Shown: positions 7,499 to 16,786 of the stretch, piece by piece
Position numbering within the stretch: the first letter of the stretch is position 1
Layout of the letters: each line of letters begins with the position of its first letter
IMG/VR virus record: IMGVR_UViG_3300049712_000032
Coordinates: 1-24,353 of that record
Source of the DNA: a virus
Taxonomy: Duplodnaviria; Caudoviricetes
Length of the DNA: 24,353 bases
Direction: 5' to 3' (one strand)
Notes under the pieces: generated by a model
What the model was told of the DNA's origin: nothing
The model's input: the letters and a program-made list of their open reading frames with translations, nothing else
Databases searched by the model: none
Translations under genes and position numbers: made by a program

Positions 7499-9592
7499 CT
7501 AATGCGTAAAACACCACGCACTCCCTTTACGGTACTCGCCGCCCATTTCAATGTTCATTTTAAAGAAAACACCAGCAGCGACAATAGCACTAACCAAGAT
7601 ATTACCCACTTCATCTGATACAGTTTTCATTGTTTCGAGTTGGAATTCGTCGTGTACGTTTAAGACAAACCTAGCGGGTAGCTGTTTAAGGTTAATTTCC
7701 TTGTAAGCATCCACAAGGCACTTCTTCATAACAATAGCACCAGCCGACTGCAAAAGAGTATTAAGGGACGCATGAGGCTTACGTACCCATAATTTCCTTC
7801 CATCCAGTCCAATCAGATACCCTTTTGTTTGAGCCTCCCGCTGAACCCTCTCGATAAGCTTCTTGAGTTCAGGCAGGAAGTCCATAATCTTTTCTCGGAT
7901 TATCCGTCCACCCCTAGCGTTAGTACCATTAACAGACCCAAGCTTGGTATCAGCCGCGCCGTAGATAAGGGCCAGCATGGTTTCCTTTGCCTTGCGGCGG
8001 GTGGGAAGCCCTACTGCCTCCTGTATCTTGGTGTAGATATCTCCGTTTAGAACTTCATATGTAAAAGCCTTATCATTCATGTAGTGCGCCAACATACGAA
8101 TTTCTAAACTGGCAGCGTCAAAACCTACAAGTTCGTATAAATCGGGATTGGAAACGGTAAAGCACTTACGGCACTCCCAACCGTATTTCCCCTGCTCTCC
8201 AATAAGAAGGACTACAGGCTTGGAGCCAGCCTTCCATTTAAGGAGGTTGCCAGCGTAGGGATATCCACTGGGGATAGGAAAGAAATCCCCCTTGGATTTA
8301 AGCTCAAGGAACTTGGAAACCTCATCCGGCTTAAACTTATCTACATCCTCAACAGAAACAATATTGCCTAAGTTTGGCTCATAATGTCGCATACGTCCAG
8401 TAGGAGTACCGATGGAATTAACAGAAGCATAAATCCGTCCCTCGGAGTTCTCGGACAACTCCATCCAAGAAGCCGCCAGCCTATGCCTATTGGTGTACAT
8501 GATGTACTGGGCAAGCTTCTTAATGCCTTGAGGGGCACTATCAGGAATGGTGTCAAGGTTCTCTTCATCGGTGGTCTTGGGGTTGCCCCGTTTCTTGCCC
8601 TCTTTCTTCATCTTCTCCGAGGGTTTATTAAAGTTAACGGGGTTCCAGCCACAGGAATTAAGGACCTTAAGCCGTTGATCTGCACTGTCAGGATTAAACG
8701 GTTCAATTTCGATAAGGGAGTAGGGGCCCCGAATAGGGAACCCCGCCTCGGTGATTAACTTGTATCCCTTGTTCTGTGAAGAGATTACCTTGTGGGTTTC
8801 ATACACCTTGACCTTGCGGCCAGTGGTGGGGCTCACCTCGTACTCTCCTGTCCACACCTTAATCTCTTTGATTTTAGGCACTACCGTTTCCCCTTGGTAG
8901 ACAAACGGGGGGATATCCTTGGTAATCTCTTGCCTTACAATGTCAGCCTTACGCTTGCACTCGTGGTACATTTCCTCAGCGGTACGTTTATCCAGCTTAA
9001 CCCCGTAACGGCACTGTTCATTAATGATCTGAGCCACACGGTGTTCAAGCCGTATGCTGTATTGACTAAACCCTTCCAGTTCCTTTGTCAACCGTTTAAG
9101 GGTTTCGAGGTTGATGAAGCAATCCTCAGTGCATCGGTTGAGCATTTCAGGGGTATACTCATCCCAGTTGTCGATATCAGGTTTATACCGCCCAACACGG
9201 ATACCCCAAGCTGCAAGGGAGTGGGGTTTATCCCGAAGGATAAACTTATAGTGCTTGGGAATACGTTCCTCCCCGCCATAGAACAGTACGTCCTTTATAT
9301 ACCTGTCGGAGTAGGAAAGTTGAGAAAGAATAAGGGTGTCTGTGACAGAAGATAACTCAATGTCAAGATGTAACAGGCCAGAAAGGACGTAAGGAATATC
9401 GTAGCCAATAAGATTGTGACCATAAATAGCTTTAACTTCTTCTTTAAACCACTTCGGAAACTTGGTGTAACATTCTTCTTGGACAAATGAAAATACCTCT
9501 TTGGTGTCTATATCGAGGACAACGATGCAATGGACTTTGGTGGGTCGGAGGCCGTTGTTTTCCGTGTCGATTATGACTGATCTTTTCCCCAT
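7499..9592 (-). CDS. polA: Family A DNA polymerase with 3'-5' exonuclease (T7 gp5-like)
   Basis: DTE, GHN..GYD, HSL.AWG, TGR, DAASLEIR (motif A), RRKAK...LIYG (motif B), VHDE (motif C). Confidence 0.97.
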   Translation of the reverse strand: MGKRSVIIDTENNGLRPTKVHCIVVLDIDTKEVFSFVQEECYTKFPKWFKEEVKAIYGHNLIGYDIPYVLSGLLHLDIELSSVTDTLILSQLSYSDRYIKDVLFYGGEERIPKHYKFILRDKPHSLAAWGIRVGRYKPDIDNWDEYTPEMLNRCTEDCFINLETLKRLTKELEGFSQYSIRLEHRVAQIINEQCRYGVKLDKRTAEEMYHECKRKADIVRQEITKDIPPFVYQGETVVPKIKEIKVWTGEYEVSPTTGRKVKVYETHKVISSQNKGYKLITEAGFPIRGPYSLIEIEPFNPDSADQRLKVLNSCGWNPVNFNKPSEKMKKEGKKRGNPKTTDEENLDTIPDSAPQGIKKLAQYIMYTNRHRLAASWMELSENSEGRIYASVNSIGTPTGRMRHYEPNLGNIVSVEDVDKFKPDEVSKFLELKSKGDFFPIPSGYPYAGNLLKWKAGSKPVVLLIGEQGKYGWECRKCFTVSNPDLYELVGFDAASLEIRMLAHYMNDKAFTYEVLNGDIYTKIQEAVGLPTRRKAKETMLALIYGAADTKLGSVNGTNARGGRIIREKIMDFLPELKKLIERVQREAQTKGYLIGLDGRKLWVRKPHASLNTLLQSAGAIVMKKCLVDAYKEINLKQLPARFVLNVHDEFQLETMKTVSDEVGNILVSAIVAAGVFFKMNIEMGGEYRKGSAWCFTH

Positions 9593-10152
9593 TTATCCAT
9601 AAACTCCGCTATTTTACAGTGTTCTTCAGCAGTTCCTTCATTCTTAATAATATTAGCCCTAGCACTCATGATGGCTATATTGCCTTTGATATATCCTTTT
9701 GTAGGGTCAACCCGATCAATGGATGGGGTGTTATCGGTGTGGGCATGTTTATGTATTTTCTCACCTAACGTAAACCCGAGGGGTATTCCTAAAATAGGAC
9801 ACACTTCGGGAACTACTATGTCCTCGATTGTGATATTAAACTCTAGTCCTCGTTGCTTGGCCCTCTTTTTAGCCCCTTTCCACAAGTATTTGGCAGGATT
9901 TTTCCTTCGATCTTCATAGTAATACGCAGAAGATTTATTAGCTTGATACACTTTGGCAGAGTGCTTTTTTCTTCTTTCCTTATTATCAGGGAGGGAGTCA
10001 TGGTTTTTAACGCAAAGTCTGCAAGTTGAAGAAACCCCAAATTTTCCAGCTTTTACAGATTGAAACTCTGTTAAAGGTTTAAAAAGTTCGCACTTTGTGC
10101 ATTGTTTAACAGCAATTCCTGCCGCCACTATTTCCTCTACTGTAAACGCCAT
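9571..10152 (-). CDS. HNH-type (homing) endonuclease with N-terminal zinc ribbon
   Basis: CTKC...CRLC; CPILG; SIDRVD..KGY.KGN.......AN..K. Confidence 0.8.
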   Translation of the reverse strand: MAFTVEEIVAAGIAVKQCTKCELFKPLTEFQSVKAGKFGVSSTCRLCVKNHDSLPDNKERRKKHSAKVYQANKSSAYYYEDRRKNPAKYLWKGAKKRAKQRGLEFNITIEDIVVPEVCPILGIPLGFTLGEKIHKHAHTDNTPSIDRVDPTKGYIKGNIAIMSARANIIKNEGTAEEHCKIAEFMDKWGKDQS

Positions 10153-10156
10153 AGGA

Positions 10157-11473
10157 CTATCCCTTCAACAGGTTGATAACCTTATCCGCATCGTTGTTGA
10201 GAAAGAGGTCTTGAAGCTTGGCCCCAACCATAGGAACATACTCTTCCTTAGCGATACCTTCCAACTTTTTACCGTCATAAAACACAGAGTACATTTCGGA
10301 CATAATCTCAAACTCAAGGGGCCCGATCTGGAATATCTCGTCTACCCTGCCGGGGCGTTTAAAGGCATGGTCAAGGGCCTCAAGGTGATTGGTGGTAATG
10401 AGGAAGATAACACCCTCGGGGGTCTGCATACCGTCAAGGGTATTAAGAACCTCTTGAAGCTTGGACTGGGGAGTGACAAGAGATACTGGCTGTTGTTGTT
10501 TAATTTGTATGACATTCTCCCCGTTCATTGCTGCGATAGCGGAAGCAACATCATCCTCTTCTTCTTCCTCGTTCTGTCTCTTGTGCATACCCTCCATAGT
10601 GTCGATATCTTCAATAACGATCAGGGCGTTCTTGCCCACACTGTTGCAAAGTGAGGAAAAGCAAGAAAGGGAAGTTATATAATAAATATCCCGTTTAGTC
10701 TCGGAGGCCAAAGCTTTAATAAGGGAGGTCTTGCCAGTGCCCGGCTTTCCCTCAAGGATAAGGCACAGTTTGTAGGGAATGCCTCGGGTAGTATACCACT
10801 TACGGTTCTTGGAGAAATCGTTGAACCGCTTAAGGATACGTTCTTTAACACCAGCGTTGGAAAACACTGAAGTAAGGGGACGCTTGGAAAGAATATTCTT
10901 GCTATGCCAATGACCCGAGGAACTAGAAGTGCGGATAACCAGATTATCTTCTACCTTCTCAAAGGACTCAGCCTCTTTAAGCAGCTTGTCAAGGATACCT
11001 TTTTTACGAGTAAAGAAGGTGATATCCACTTGGTCCTCGATAGACCCCTGCTTTTCCAGTTGAGTTTTTACAAAAGTGAAGAATACGCCTTTATACCGTC
11101 CCCAAGATACACCATACCCCGGTATAATATAGTCTTTCGCGGGGTCCTCTTCATTTTCGTAATCCTCCCAATACTCTTGGGCAACCCCCCCAACCGAGCG
11201 TTTATACCCAATAGAGTAGGTTCTGGAAAGGACATTAAACCGGTGATCGTTGAGGACCCTCAAAATATTCTCGTAGGAGAAGTTCTTGGTATTAATCGTA
11301 AAATCAATAGTGAGAGTCCTATAAAAAAAGTTATAGATACGGCGGGGGATATTACGGAGGTACATGATAGCACCACCGATAATCGCTGTACCCATGCCCG
11401 CAGTAAGTAACGGGTTAGCCTTAATATGGGTTTGGGCTTGAAGATAAAGGTCGTTAAGTAATTCCATTACCAT
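10157..11473 (-). CDS. BCS1-like membrane-anchored AAA+ ATPase
   Basis: N-terminal TM NPLLTAGMGTAIIGG; WY..RGIPYK; GKPGTGKTS; IEDID; LNTLDG; TTNH...LD.A..RPGRVD. Confidence 0.88.
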   Translation of the reverse strand: MVMELLNDLYLQAQTHIKANPLLTAGMGTAIIGGAIMYLRNIPRRIYNFFYRTLTIDFTINTKNFSYENILRVLNDHRFNVLSRTYSIGYKRSVGGVAQEYWEDYENEEDPAKDYIIPGYGVSWGRYKGVFFTFVKTQLEKQGSIEDQVDITFFTRKKGILDKLLKEAESFEKVEDNLVIRTSSSSGHWHSKNILSKRPLTSVFSNAGVKERILKRFNDFSKNRKWYTTRGIPYKLCLILEGKPGTGKTSLIKALASETKRDIYYITSLSCFSSLCNSVGKNALIVIEDIDTMEGMHKRQNEEEEEDDVASAIAAMNGENVIQIKQQQPVSLVTPQSKLQEVLNTLDGMQTPEGVIFLITTNHLEALDHAFKRPGRVDEIFQIGPLEFEIMSEMYSVFYDGKKLEGIAKEEYVPMVGAKLQDLFLNNDADKVINLLKG

Positions 11474-11688
11474 CGGTTAATCCTTCCCCCTCCAAAAATT
11501 ATTTTGTTCTTTCGGATAGGTCTAATGTGATAAGTAAAAATAACACAAAGCATTAAGAATAAAGCAAAGGATGGGTTCTCTGTTTGATAGAATGCCAGTC
11601 CCAGTAGTCCGCAACTAATTATAGAAATTACAAAGGTGAAAATCCTACACCATCGAAGAAAAAGTATTTCTCCTGTCCTTAAACCCAT
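11467..11688 (-). CDS. Small two-TM membrane protein
   Basis: Two hydrophobic segments; start placed at MGLRTG just after the upstream stop. Confidence 0.6.
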   Translation of the reverse strand: MGLRTGEILFLRWCRIFTFVISIISCGLLGLAFYQTENPSFALFLMLCVIFTYHIRPIRKNKIIFGGGRINRW

Positions 11689-11690
11689 TC

Positions 11691-11882
11691 TTAATATGCG
11701 CCACCATTCTTGATATATTTTTCCCAATTATCAGCCGCCGCCCTAACATCATGAAACCCATGAATATTAAGGTTATTGGCATTATTGAGAGCCAGTTGTA
11801 GAAGCTTAAACCTAAGTATGCTTACATCGGCAACATCTTGAAGATTGTCCACGTAAACTTGATCGTTACTATTACTTGCCAT
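11691..11882 (-). CDS. Hypothetical protein
   Basis: Packed ORF; contains VDNLQD near the N-terminus. Confidence 0.6.
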   Translation of the reverse strand: MASNSNDQVYVDNLQDVADVSILRFKLLQLALNNANNLNIHGFHDVRAAADNWEKYIKNGGAY

Positions 11883-12033
11883 TAATCACCCAATCAACAA
11901 CCTTGTTCAGGGATTTCACGTATTCCTTATCAAAATCGCTGTAATCAATAGAGTCTGAAAACGTCTTAATTATCTGTAGGCGCACACTCTGTTCGGGAGT
12001 AAGGGTATCAGGATACAGATTATCAATAGCCAT
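11872..12033 (-). CDS. 53-aa protein with N-terminal IDNLYP, not in the ORF track
   Basis: MAIDNLYPDTLTPEQSVRLQIIKTFSDSIDYSDFDKEYVKSLNKVVDWVINGK*; AAGGA RBS. Confidence 0.65.
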   Translation of the reverse strand: MAIDNLYPDTLTPEQSVRLQIIKTFSDSIDYSDFDKEYVKSLNKVVDWVINGK

Positions 12034-12035
12034 GA

Positions 12036-12356
12036 TTATACTTCCTTTCTTTCATATTCATCATCATCATATAAGTTGTCTTTTACTTTGTAGCCATAGG
12101 CGGTAACACCCCACCCATCCAATTCAAACCGTTGTTGACCTGTCCGGTTCTTGTATTTTGGATGGCTAAGTGATCTGGCTACATCCCGAACGTACTCCCC
12201 CTTTTTATCATCCCAGTATATCAGCCCAAGTTCAACATCCTCCATTACACTATCAATCACTCTATCCGCATCCCTAAAAAGCTCTTTAGGAGACAGGGCA
12301 TTTCTTATGAAATAAACGGTTACTCCTAAAGATATCAGTATGATGAGAAAGTCCAT
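12036..12356 (-). CDS. Membrane-anchored protein with near-terminal KDNLYDDDE tag
   Basis: N-terminal TM; ends YKVKDNLYDDDEYERKEV*. Confidence 0.75.
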   Translation of the reverse strand: MDFLIILISLGVTVYFIRNALSPKELFRDADRVIDSVMEDVELGLIYWDDKKGEYVRDVARSLSHPKYKNRTGQQRFELDGWGVTAYGYKVKDNLYDDDEYERKEV

Positions 12357-12362
12357 TTGCTT

Positions 12363-14147
12363 CTAGGGCTCCACCCCGCTAAACTTGGACAGGTCAAATA
12401 CGGGCCCATCCTTTCCGTCCACGTTCTCTACTTGTGGTGTGCCTTTAACTTCCGTAAGGCGGTACGTGTTCTTGTCAAAAAATAGATATGAAGAAGGACC
12501 CGTAATCCCAGTAAACCGAGACTTAAGAACCCTGAGTAAAGTAGTGTTTCTAATCTGTTCGTCCTCATTCTGACCATCCCTCTCAAGGCCGATAACCGTA
12601 TCTGCCAATTGTCCGATACCAGCCGTACCCCTCAAGTCGGAAAGGGAGGTCTTACCGCCCTCTTCATGGCTCTTGCCTTGGGGCCTCCGAAGGTGACTGA
12701 CCATAAACAGGTGGATATTCAACTCGTGAACCAGCATCCTTAGCTTCGTTGCTATCTCGTCAAGGGCCTTGCGTTCATCCCCCGCCTCTTGGCTTGAAAC
12801 AATAATGGAAATATGGTCAAGGAAGATATATTTACAGCCAAGAACCTTAGCCATATACCGCACCCTGTTAATCACCCTCTCAATGTTGTTCATTCCAAAG
12901 TCTTTATCCCCGATAGTCCAGATACGCTTTGAACCAAGGCTCCTGTCAAAAGCATCTTTACGGTCTTGAACAAAGGCTCCAACCCTGCCCTTTAAAGCGT
13001 CATACTCAAACACAGCCTGTTCGTAGGTGTGCTTATTCTGCATTGCAAAGCGTAAGGGATAGGACATAGCCACACCCACAAGGTCCCTTGAAGTCTTGGC
13101 CTCAGAGTTTTCGAGGAACAAGCACCCGATACTATGAGGGGTCTTTTCCAACAGCCAATGGACCAACTCGCACATAACAAGGGTCTTACCCGCACCTGAC
13201 CCCGCACTAAGGACAGTCATTTCCCCCATGCGGATACCAAGCAACATACGGTTTAACTCTTCGTAAGGCCAGTCGATACTCTCTACTTCATCGGGGGTGA
13301 ACACCCACTCTTCGAGGTCAGCACCGTTCTTGATACCCTCCATAATCTCGGGTTTAGCGGCCCACCAGTCCCGTTCAAAGTCCTTGTCCAAACCCTTCAT
13401 CAGGTACACGTTAGCATCTTTATGACGCAACTTCATTACCCTGACCTTCTCGGGGCTGAACATTTCCACAAGGTCAGCCTTTGCCTCCCTACCCTTCTCG
13501 TCATTGTCCACACACACCACGATCTGGTCAAAAGAGTTTACCCAGTCGTACACTTGAAGGTCTTGGAAGCAAGCCTTAACACTCTTGGCCCCATTCTTTA
13601 GGCTCACCACGTTGGATATCTTGCCGAGCATTTGCCAAGCGGCCATAGCATCCTCTTCACCCTCGGTAATGGTCAGGTACTTCCTACCCCCTGCAAACTT
13701 GTCCATCCCGAACAGGCAAGCATCGTCAATGGGCCCATCACACCAATACTTGTTCTTCCCGCCCTCCTCTTGAGGGTAAATCTTATGCTTTGTAGCGATA
13801 ACCTTACCGTCATAGTCAGTGAAGGGAGATACGATACCTACCGCTTCACCGTTGGAGTTTACTTTAAGCTTTACTCCGAATTTAACAAGGGTTTCCTCAG
13901 TAAGCTTCCGATGGGGAAGGGGGCCATCTGCAAGAGTATAAATCTCACGAGGTTTAAAAGCAGCCGTATTTGAAATTTCCACAACATTATCCCCTTGATA
14001 GTTCTTCCAAGCCTTGCCACAGCTAAAACAGTAAGCTTCATCCTTATCCAAGTAAAGCACAAGTGCATCCGAGGAACCACAAGACTTACACGGAAGGTCC
14101 CTCATTTGCTTTTTGTCAGCCGATAACTTCCCCACCATCTTCTCCAT
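12363..14147 (-). CDS. Primase-helicase (T7 gp4-like)
   Basis: Zn finger CKSCGSSDA...CFSC; TOPRIM TEGEEDA and DNDEKG; Walker A SGAGKT; DHISII; SHLRR; DLRG. Confidence 0.97.
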   Translation of the reverse strand: MEKMVGKLSADKKQMRDLPCKSCGSSDALVLYLDKDEAYCFSCGKAWKNYQGDNVVEISNTAAFKPREIYTLADGPLPHRKLTEETLVKFGVKLKVNSNGEAVGIVSPFTDYDGKVIATKHKIYPQEEGGKNKYWCDGPIDDACLFGMDKFAGGRKYLTITEGEEDAMAAWQMLGKISNVVSLKNGAKSVKACFQDLQVYDWVNSFDQIVVCVDNDEKGREAKADLVEMFSPEKVRVMKLRHKDANVYLMKGLDKDFERDWWAAKPEIMEGIKNGADLEEWVFTPDEVESIDWPYEELNRMLLGIRMGEMTVLSAGSGAGKTLVMCELVHWLLEKTPHSIGCLFLENSEAKTSRDLVGVAMSYPLRFAMQNKHTYEQAVFEYDALKGRVGAFVQDRKDAFDRSLGSKRIWTIGDKDFGMNNIERVINRVRYMAKVLGCKYIFLDHISIIVSSQEAGDERKALDEIATKLRMLVHELNIHLFMVSHLRRPQGKSHEEGGKTSLSDLRGTAGIGQLADTVIGLERDGQNEDEQIRNTTLLRVLKSRFTGITGPSSYLFFDKNTYRLTEVKGTPQVENVDGKDGPVFDLSKFSGVEP

Positions 14148-14376
14148 TTAGATATTCTATTAAGTCGATATTGCCCTTATCCTGATTGCAAGGGTGACAG
14201 GCAGCTACAATGTTAGCCTCTGTCTCTAAACCGCCTTTGGATTTAGGTAGTAGGTGATCTGCCGTTGGCAAGTTCGCTTCGTCAAAAACTTCCCCGCAGT
14301 AAAAGCACCTGTTCCCTTGCCGGATAACGGCCTCATCCCGTAGTCGTTTAACCCTCTTGCGTTTAGTGTTGGGCAT
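14116..14376 (-). CDS. HNH endonuclease
   Basis: CFYCG...TADHLLPKSKGG.....NIVAACHPCNQDKG. Confidence 0.92.
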   Translation of the reverse strand: MPNTKRKRVKRLRDEAVIRQGNRCFYCGEVFDEANLPTADHLLPKSKGGLETEANIVAACHPCNQDKGNIDLIEYLNGEDGGEVIG

Positions 14377-14384
14377 TGTTAAGT

Positions 14385-14693
14385 TTAAATGTCAAGAGAT
14401 GCTGTCTGTTGCTCTGGGTCTGATTTAAGCTTGGCTTTTAATTTCCTATAGGCAAAATGAAATCGAACCTTATCAGCAAAGGTAAAATGAACCTTCCTAG
14501 TATGCCTAATTTTATTTCTATCAAGAATATAATACAAGCCATAAAACCAAAGCCCGCTACAGGTCCAATATGCTCGTCCAGTCGGAGTGTGCAGGATATA
14601 ATACGGGCCTTTACCATTGATATAGTGTGCCTCAAAATTCTCGGAGTGTTCTTCCATTTCCTTTAGAAGTTTGGGAATTTCACTTTTAAACAT
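14385..14693 (-). CDS. Hypothetical protein
   Basis: Strong AAGGAG RBS; packed ORF. Confidence 0.7.
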   Translation of the reverse strand: MFKSEIPKLLKEMEEHSENFEAHYINGKGPYYILHTPTGRAYWTCSGLWFYGLYYILDRNKIRHTRKVHFTFADKVRFHFAYRKLKAKLKSDPEQQTASLDI

Positions 14694-14723
14694 ATCGTTC
14701 TCCTTCTTTTTCCATAATCCAGT

Positions 14724-15536
14724 CTAAACCTCAATAATTAAAGACTCATTAAAGTTTTTATTTTCTTTTCCGAAACCGTATCCTAGAGGATTGGCTACCA
14801 CACGAGTATCCCCGATCTTGTAATCACAAGGCTTATGTGTGTGGCCGTGGACCCATAGAAGGGGTTTAAACTTCTCAATGACAGGCTCAAGGTTGGAAAA
14901 GAAGGCGTAGTTAAGGGGGCTTCCCTCGAATTCCTTGTCCACACTCCTTTCACTTGGAAGGTGGTGGGTCATACAAATGATCTTGAGGTTCCAGTTTTTG
15001 GAATCCTTTAAACTTTCACACATTTTTTCAACTGTCTCTTGATGGACTTTAAGGGTATGCTCGGGTTGAAGGGGCTCCCCATGAACATAGTTCACATAGC
15101 GATAGTCTGACATACCATAACGGGCATGTTCAATATACTTTCCATCCCCGAAGCAAGTCCAAAGGGTGGCTGCATGAATAACGTAATTCTCATCGAATAC
15201 GTAATACTCACGGTCCATTACCCGTATGTTTTTAAAATTACTAAGGTTCTCTCTGAGGGTGGGGTGGGTCTGGAAAAAGCTTCCCCTGTAATGCTCATGG
15301 TTTCCGGGTACATAGAATACCCGTTTAAACCGTTCACTCAACTCCCCGAAGAAAGGGGTATAGTGTTCAGGTCGGGTAACAGCCTCACAGATATCCCCCG
15401 CCAGCAAAAGGGTTTGTTCCTTGTCGTTATCGGTTTTGTCAAGAACTGTGTAGGAGTTATACTCCCAAGGTTTGGTCGGGTCTTTCCGGTAATTCCCCAA
15501 CTCAAGGTGTAGGTCCGAGCATATACGAAATAACAT
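14724..15536 (-). CDS. Calcineurin-like metallophosphoesterase
   Basis: SDLH, LAGDI, PGNHEHY, THH, HGHTH; start via TAATG overlap. Confidence 0.92.
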   Translation of the reverse strand: MLFRICSDLHLELGNYRKDPTKPWEYNSYTVLDKTDNDKEQTLLLAGDICEAVTRPEHYTPFFGELSERFKRVFYVPGNHEHYRGSFFQTHPTLRENLSNFKNIRVMDREYYVFDENYVIHAATLWTCFGDGKYIEHARYGMSDYRYVNYVHGEPLQPEHTLKVHQETVEKMCESLKDSKNWNLKIICMTHHLPSERSVDKEFEGSPLNYAFFSNLEPVIEKFKPLLWVHGHTHKPCDYKIGDTRVVANPLGYGFGKENKNFNESLIIEV

Positions 15537-15898
15537 TAAATTACCTCTTCTTCTTTCCAAAGACCTCGTTCATCTTTAACTTCCGTCTTAATAAATTTAG
15601 GGTTAAGGGCTTTATCAACGGCCTCTTCAACCTGTTTAAGAAGTCCTGTTCTTTTTGCTATTTCAAGCTTATGCCAAGCCTTAAAAGCTGGTGTTTCCAC
15701 CATCCTTTTAAAAGCCAACCGCCTATTGTCCAATTGGGACCGACTATCTTCTGCGTACCCTTCGGCCCCCGACTCTTTGTGCCTACAAATACAAGCTGAA
15801 TTGGTTTTATTCTTCTTCTGACCCCCGTTACCTCGGCCCCGTTGAAAAATAAAATCACAATCCTTGGCTGTGACTGAGAAAAGTAATTCTTTTGACAT
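15536..15898 (-). CDS. Peptide chain release factor-like protein (stand-alone GGQ domain; ArfB/PrfH-like)
   Basis: GNGGQKKNKTNSA....H..SG.......RSQ.DN...A. Confidence 0.88.
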   Translation of the reverse strand: MSKELLFSVTAKDCDFIFQRGRGNGGQKKNKTNSACICRHKESGAEGYAEDSRSQLDNRRLAFKRMVETPAFKAWHKLEIAKRTGLLKQVEEAVDKALNPKFIKTEVKDERGLWKEEEVI

Positions 15899-16149
15899 TT
15901 TAATTCCCTTTTTCTATTAACAGAGGGGAAGAGTTTAAAAGGTAACAGGTAAAGTAAGGGAGGGCCACTCGTGGCACACTTCTTACGTCTAATTTCTTAT
16001 AAAATTAAACCTTTAAAAGTATAAAGGCTTGGTTGTTACTGAGGCTGTCAGTAACTATCTTAATACTTTAAAAGGTTTTAAGTCAGTGAACATACAACTA
16101 CTGTTAGTGTGGGTAGTCTTTAAAGCTTCAATGCTTTAAACTCTCTACC

Positions 16150-16178
16150 ACAATAACATACTTTCTGGTAAATGTCAA
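16150..16178 (-). promoter_or_regulatory. Sigma70-type promoter upstream of the release-factor/primase operon
   Basis: TTGACA-17 nt-TATTGT with a TG extension. Confidence 0.6.
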
Positions 16179-16226
16179 GTAAAATCGTTATTGGATTTTT
16201 AAACACAGGCATACTATATCTTTCAT

Positions 16227-16484
16227 ATGGCAGAACACATAGATGATAGTGATGGACAAGAGACAATCAAATACTTTAAAGGGTTTGGTATCTTTTGTAA
16301 GTTAATCAAGGATGAGATAACCAACGAGTATGTGGTTATTGCTCAAGATTTATATGATGATGATACCCCTTCCGAATGGTCCTTTAAAGAGTTTAGTAGT
16401 GCTGAGAGTGTCTTTGATAAGGTAACGAGGGACGCTATAGAGACTGAAACTCAAACCCTGTATATTGAGGACCCCGAGTTTTAA
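16227..16484 (+). CDS. Acidic hypothetical protein, divergently transcribed
   Basis: Only plus-strand ORF in a gap free of minus-strand genes; strongly acidic. Confidence 0.65.
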   Translation: MAEHIDDSDGQETIKYFKGFGIFCKLIKDEITNEYVVIAQDLYDDDTPSEWSFKEFSSAESVFDKVTRDAIETETQTLYIEDPEF

Positions 16485-16786
16485 TAGCTAAGCACTAAAT
16501 TTTCCCCTTCATCGTACATATTATCTGATTTATAGGCTATAACTTTGGTTATATCAACATGATGTTGGGGTGAATTGCGGCTTAAGTATTGCCCTGATTT
16601 TAAATCATGCCTCCAACTATCAAAACAGTTTATTTCCGTGCAAGCCCCTTCCAATGTCTCATTGTTGGTACAGGTCCAAAATACACCTAACGCCCTATCT
16701 ATCTTCATAACTCGGGTGTAGGAGCTTTTATCGATTGTACGATATACGTTTCCAACCCGTACTTCTGGTATGTCATTCGTAGTCAT
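16481..16786 (-). CDS. Small beta-rich protein with variant tag SDNMYDE
   Basis: Start MTTND lies in the upstream ENLY-D codons; VRVGNVYRT N-terminal motif; paralog of 17431..17715. Confidence 0.72.
   Translation of the reverse strand: MTTNDIPEVRVGNVYRTIDKSSYTRVMKIDRALGVFWTCTNNETLEGACTEINCFDSWRHDLKSGQYLSRNSPQHHVDITKVIAYKSDNMYDEGENLVLSY

Noticed and set aside
8180-8370. Intein or intron in the DNA polymerase insert
   Set aside because: Too short, no Cys/Ser start with His-Asn end, and the frame is continuous.
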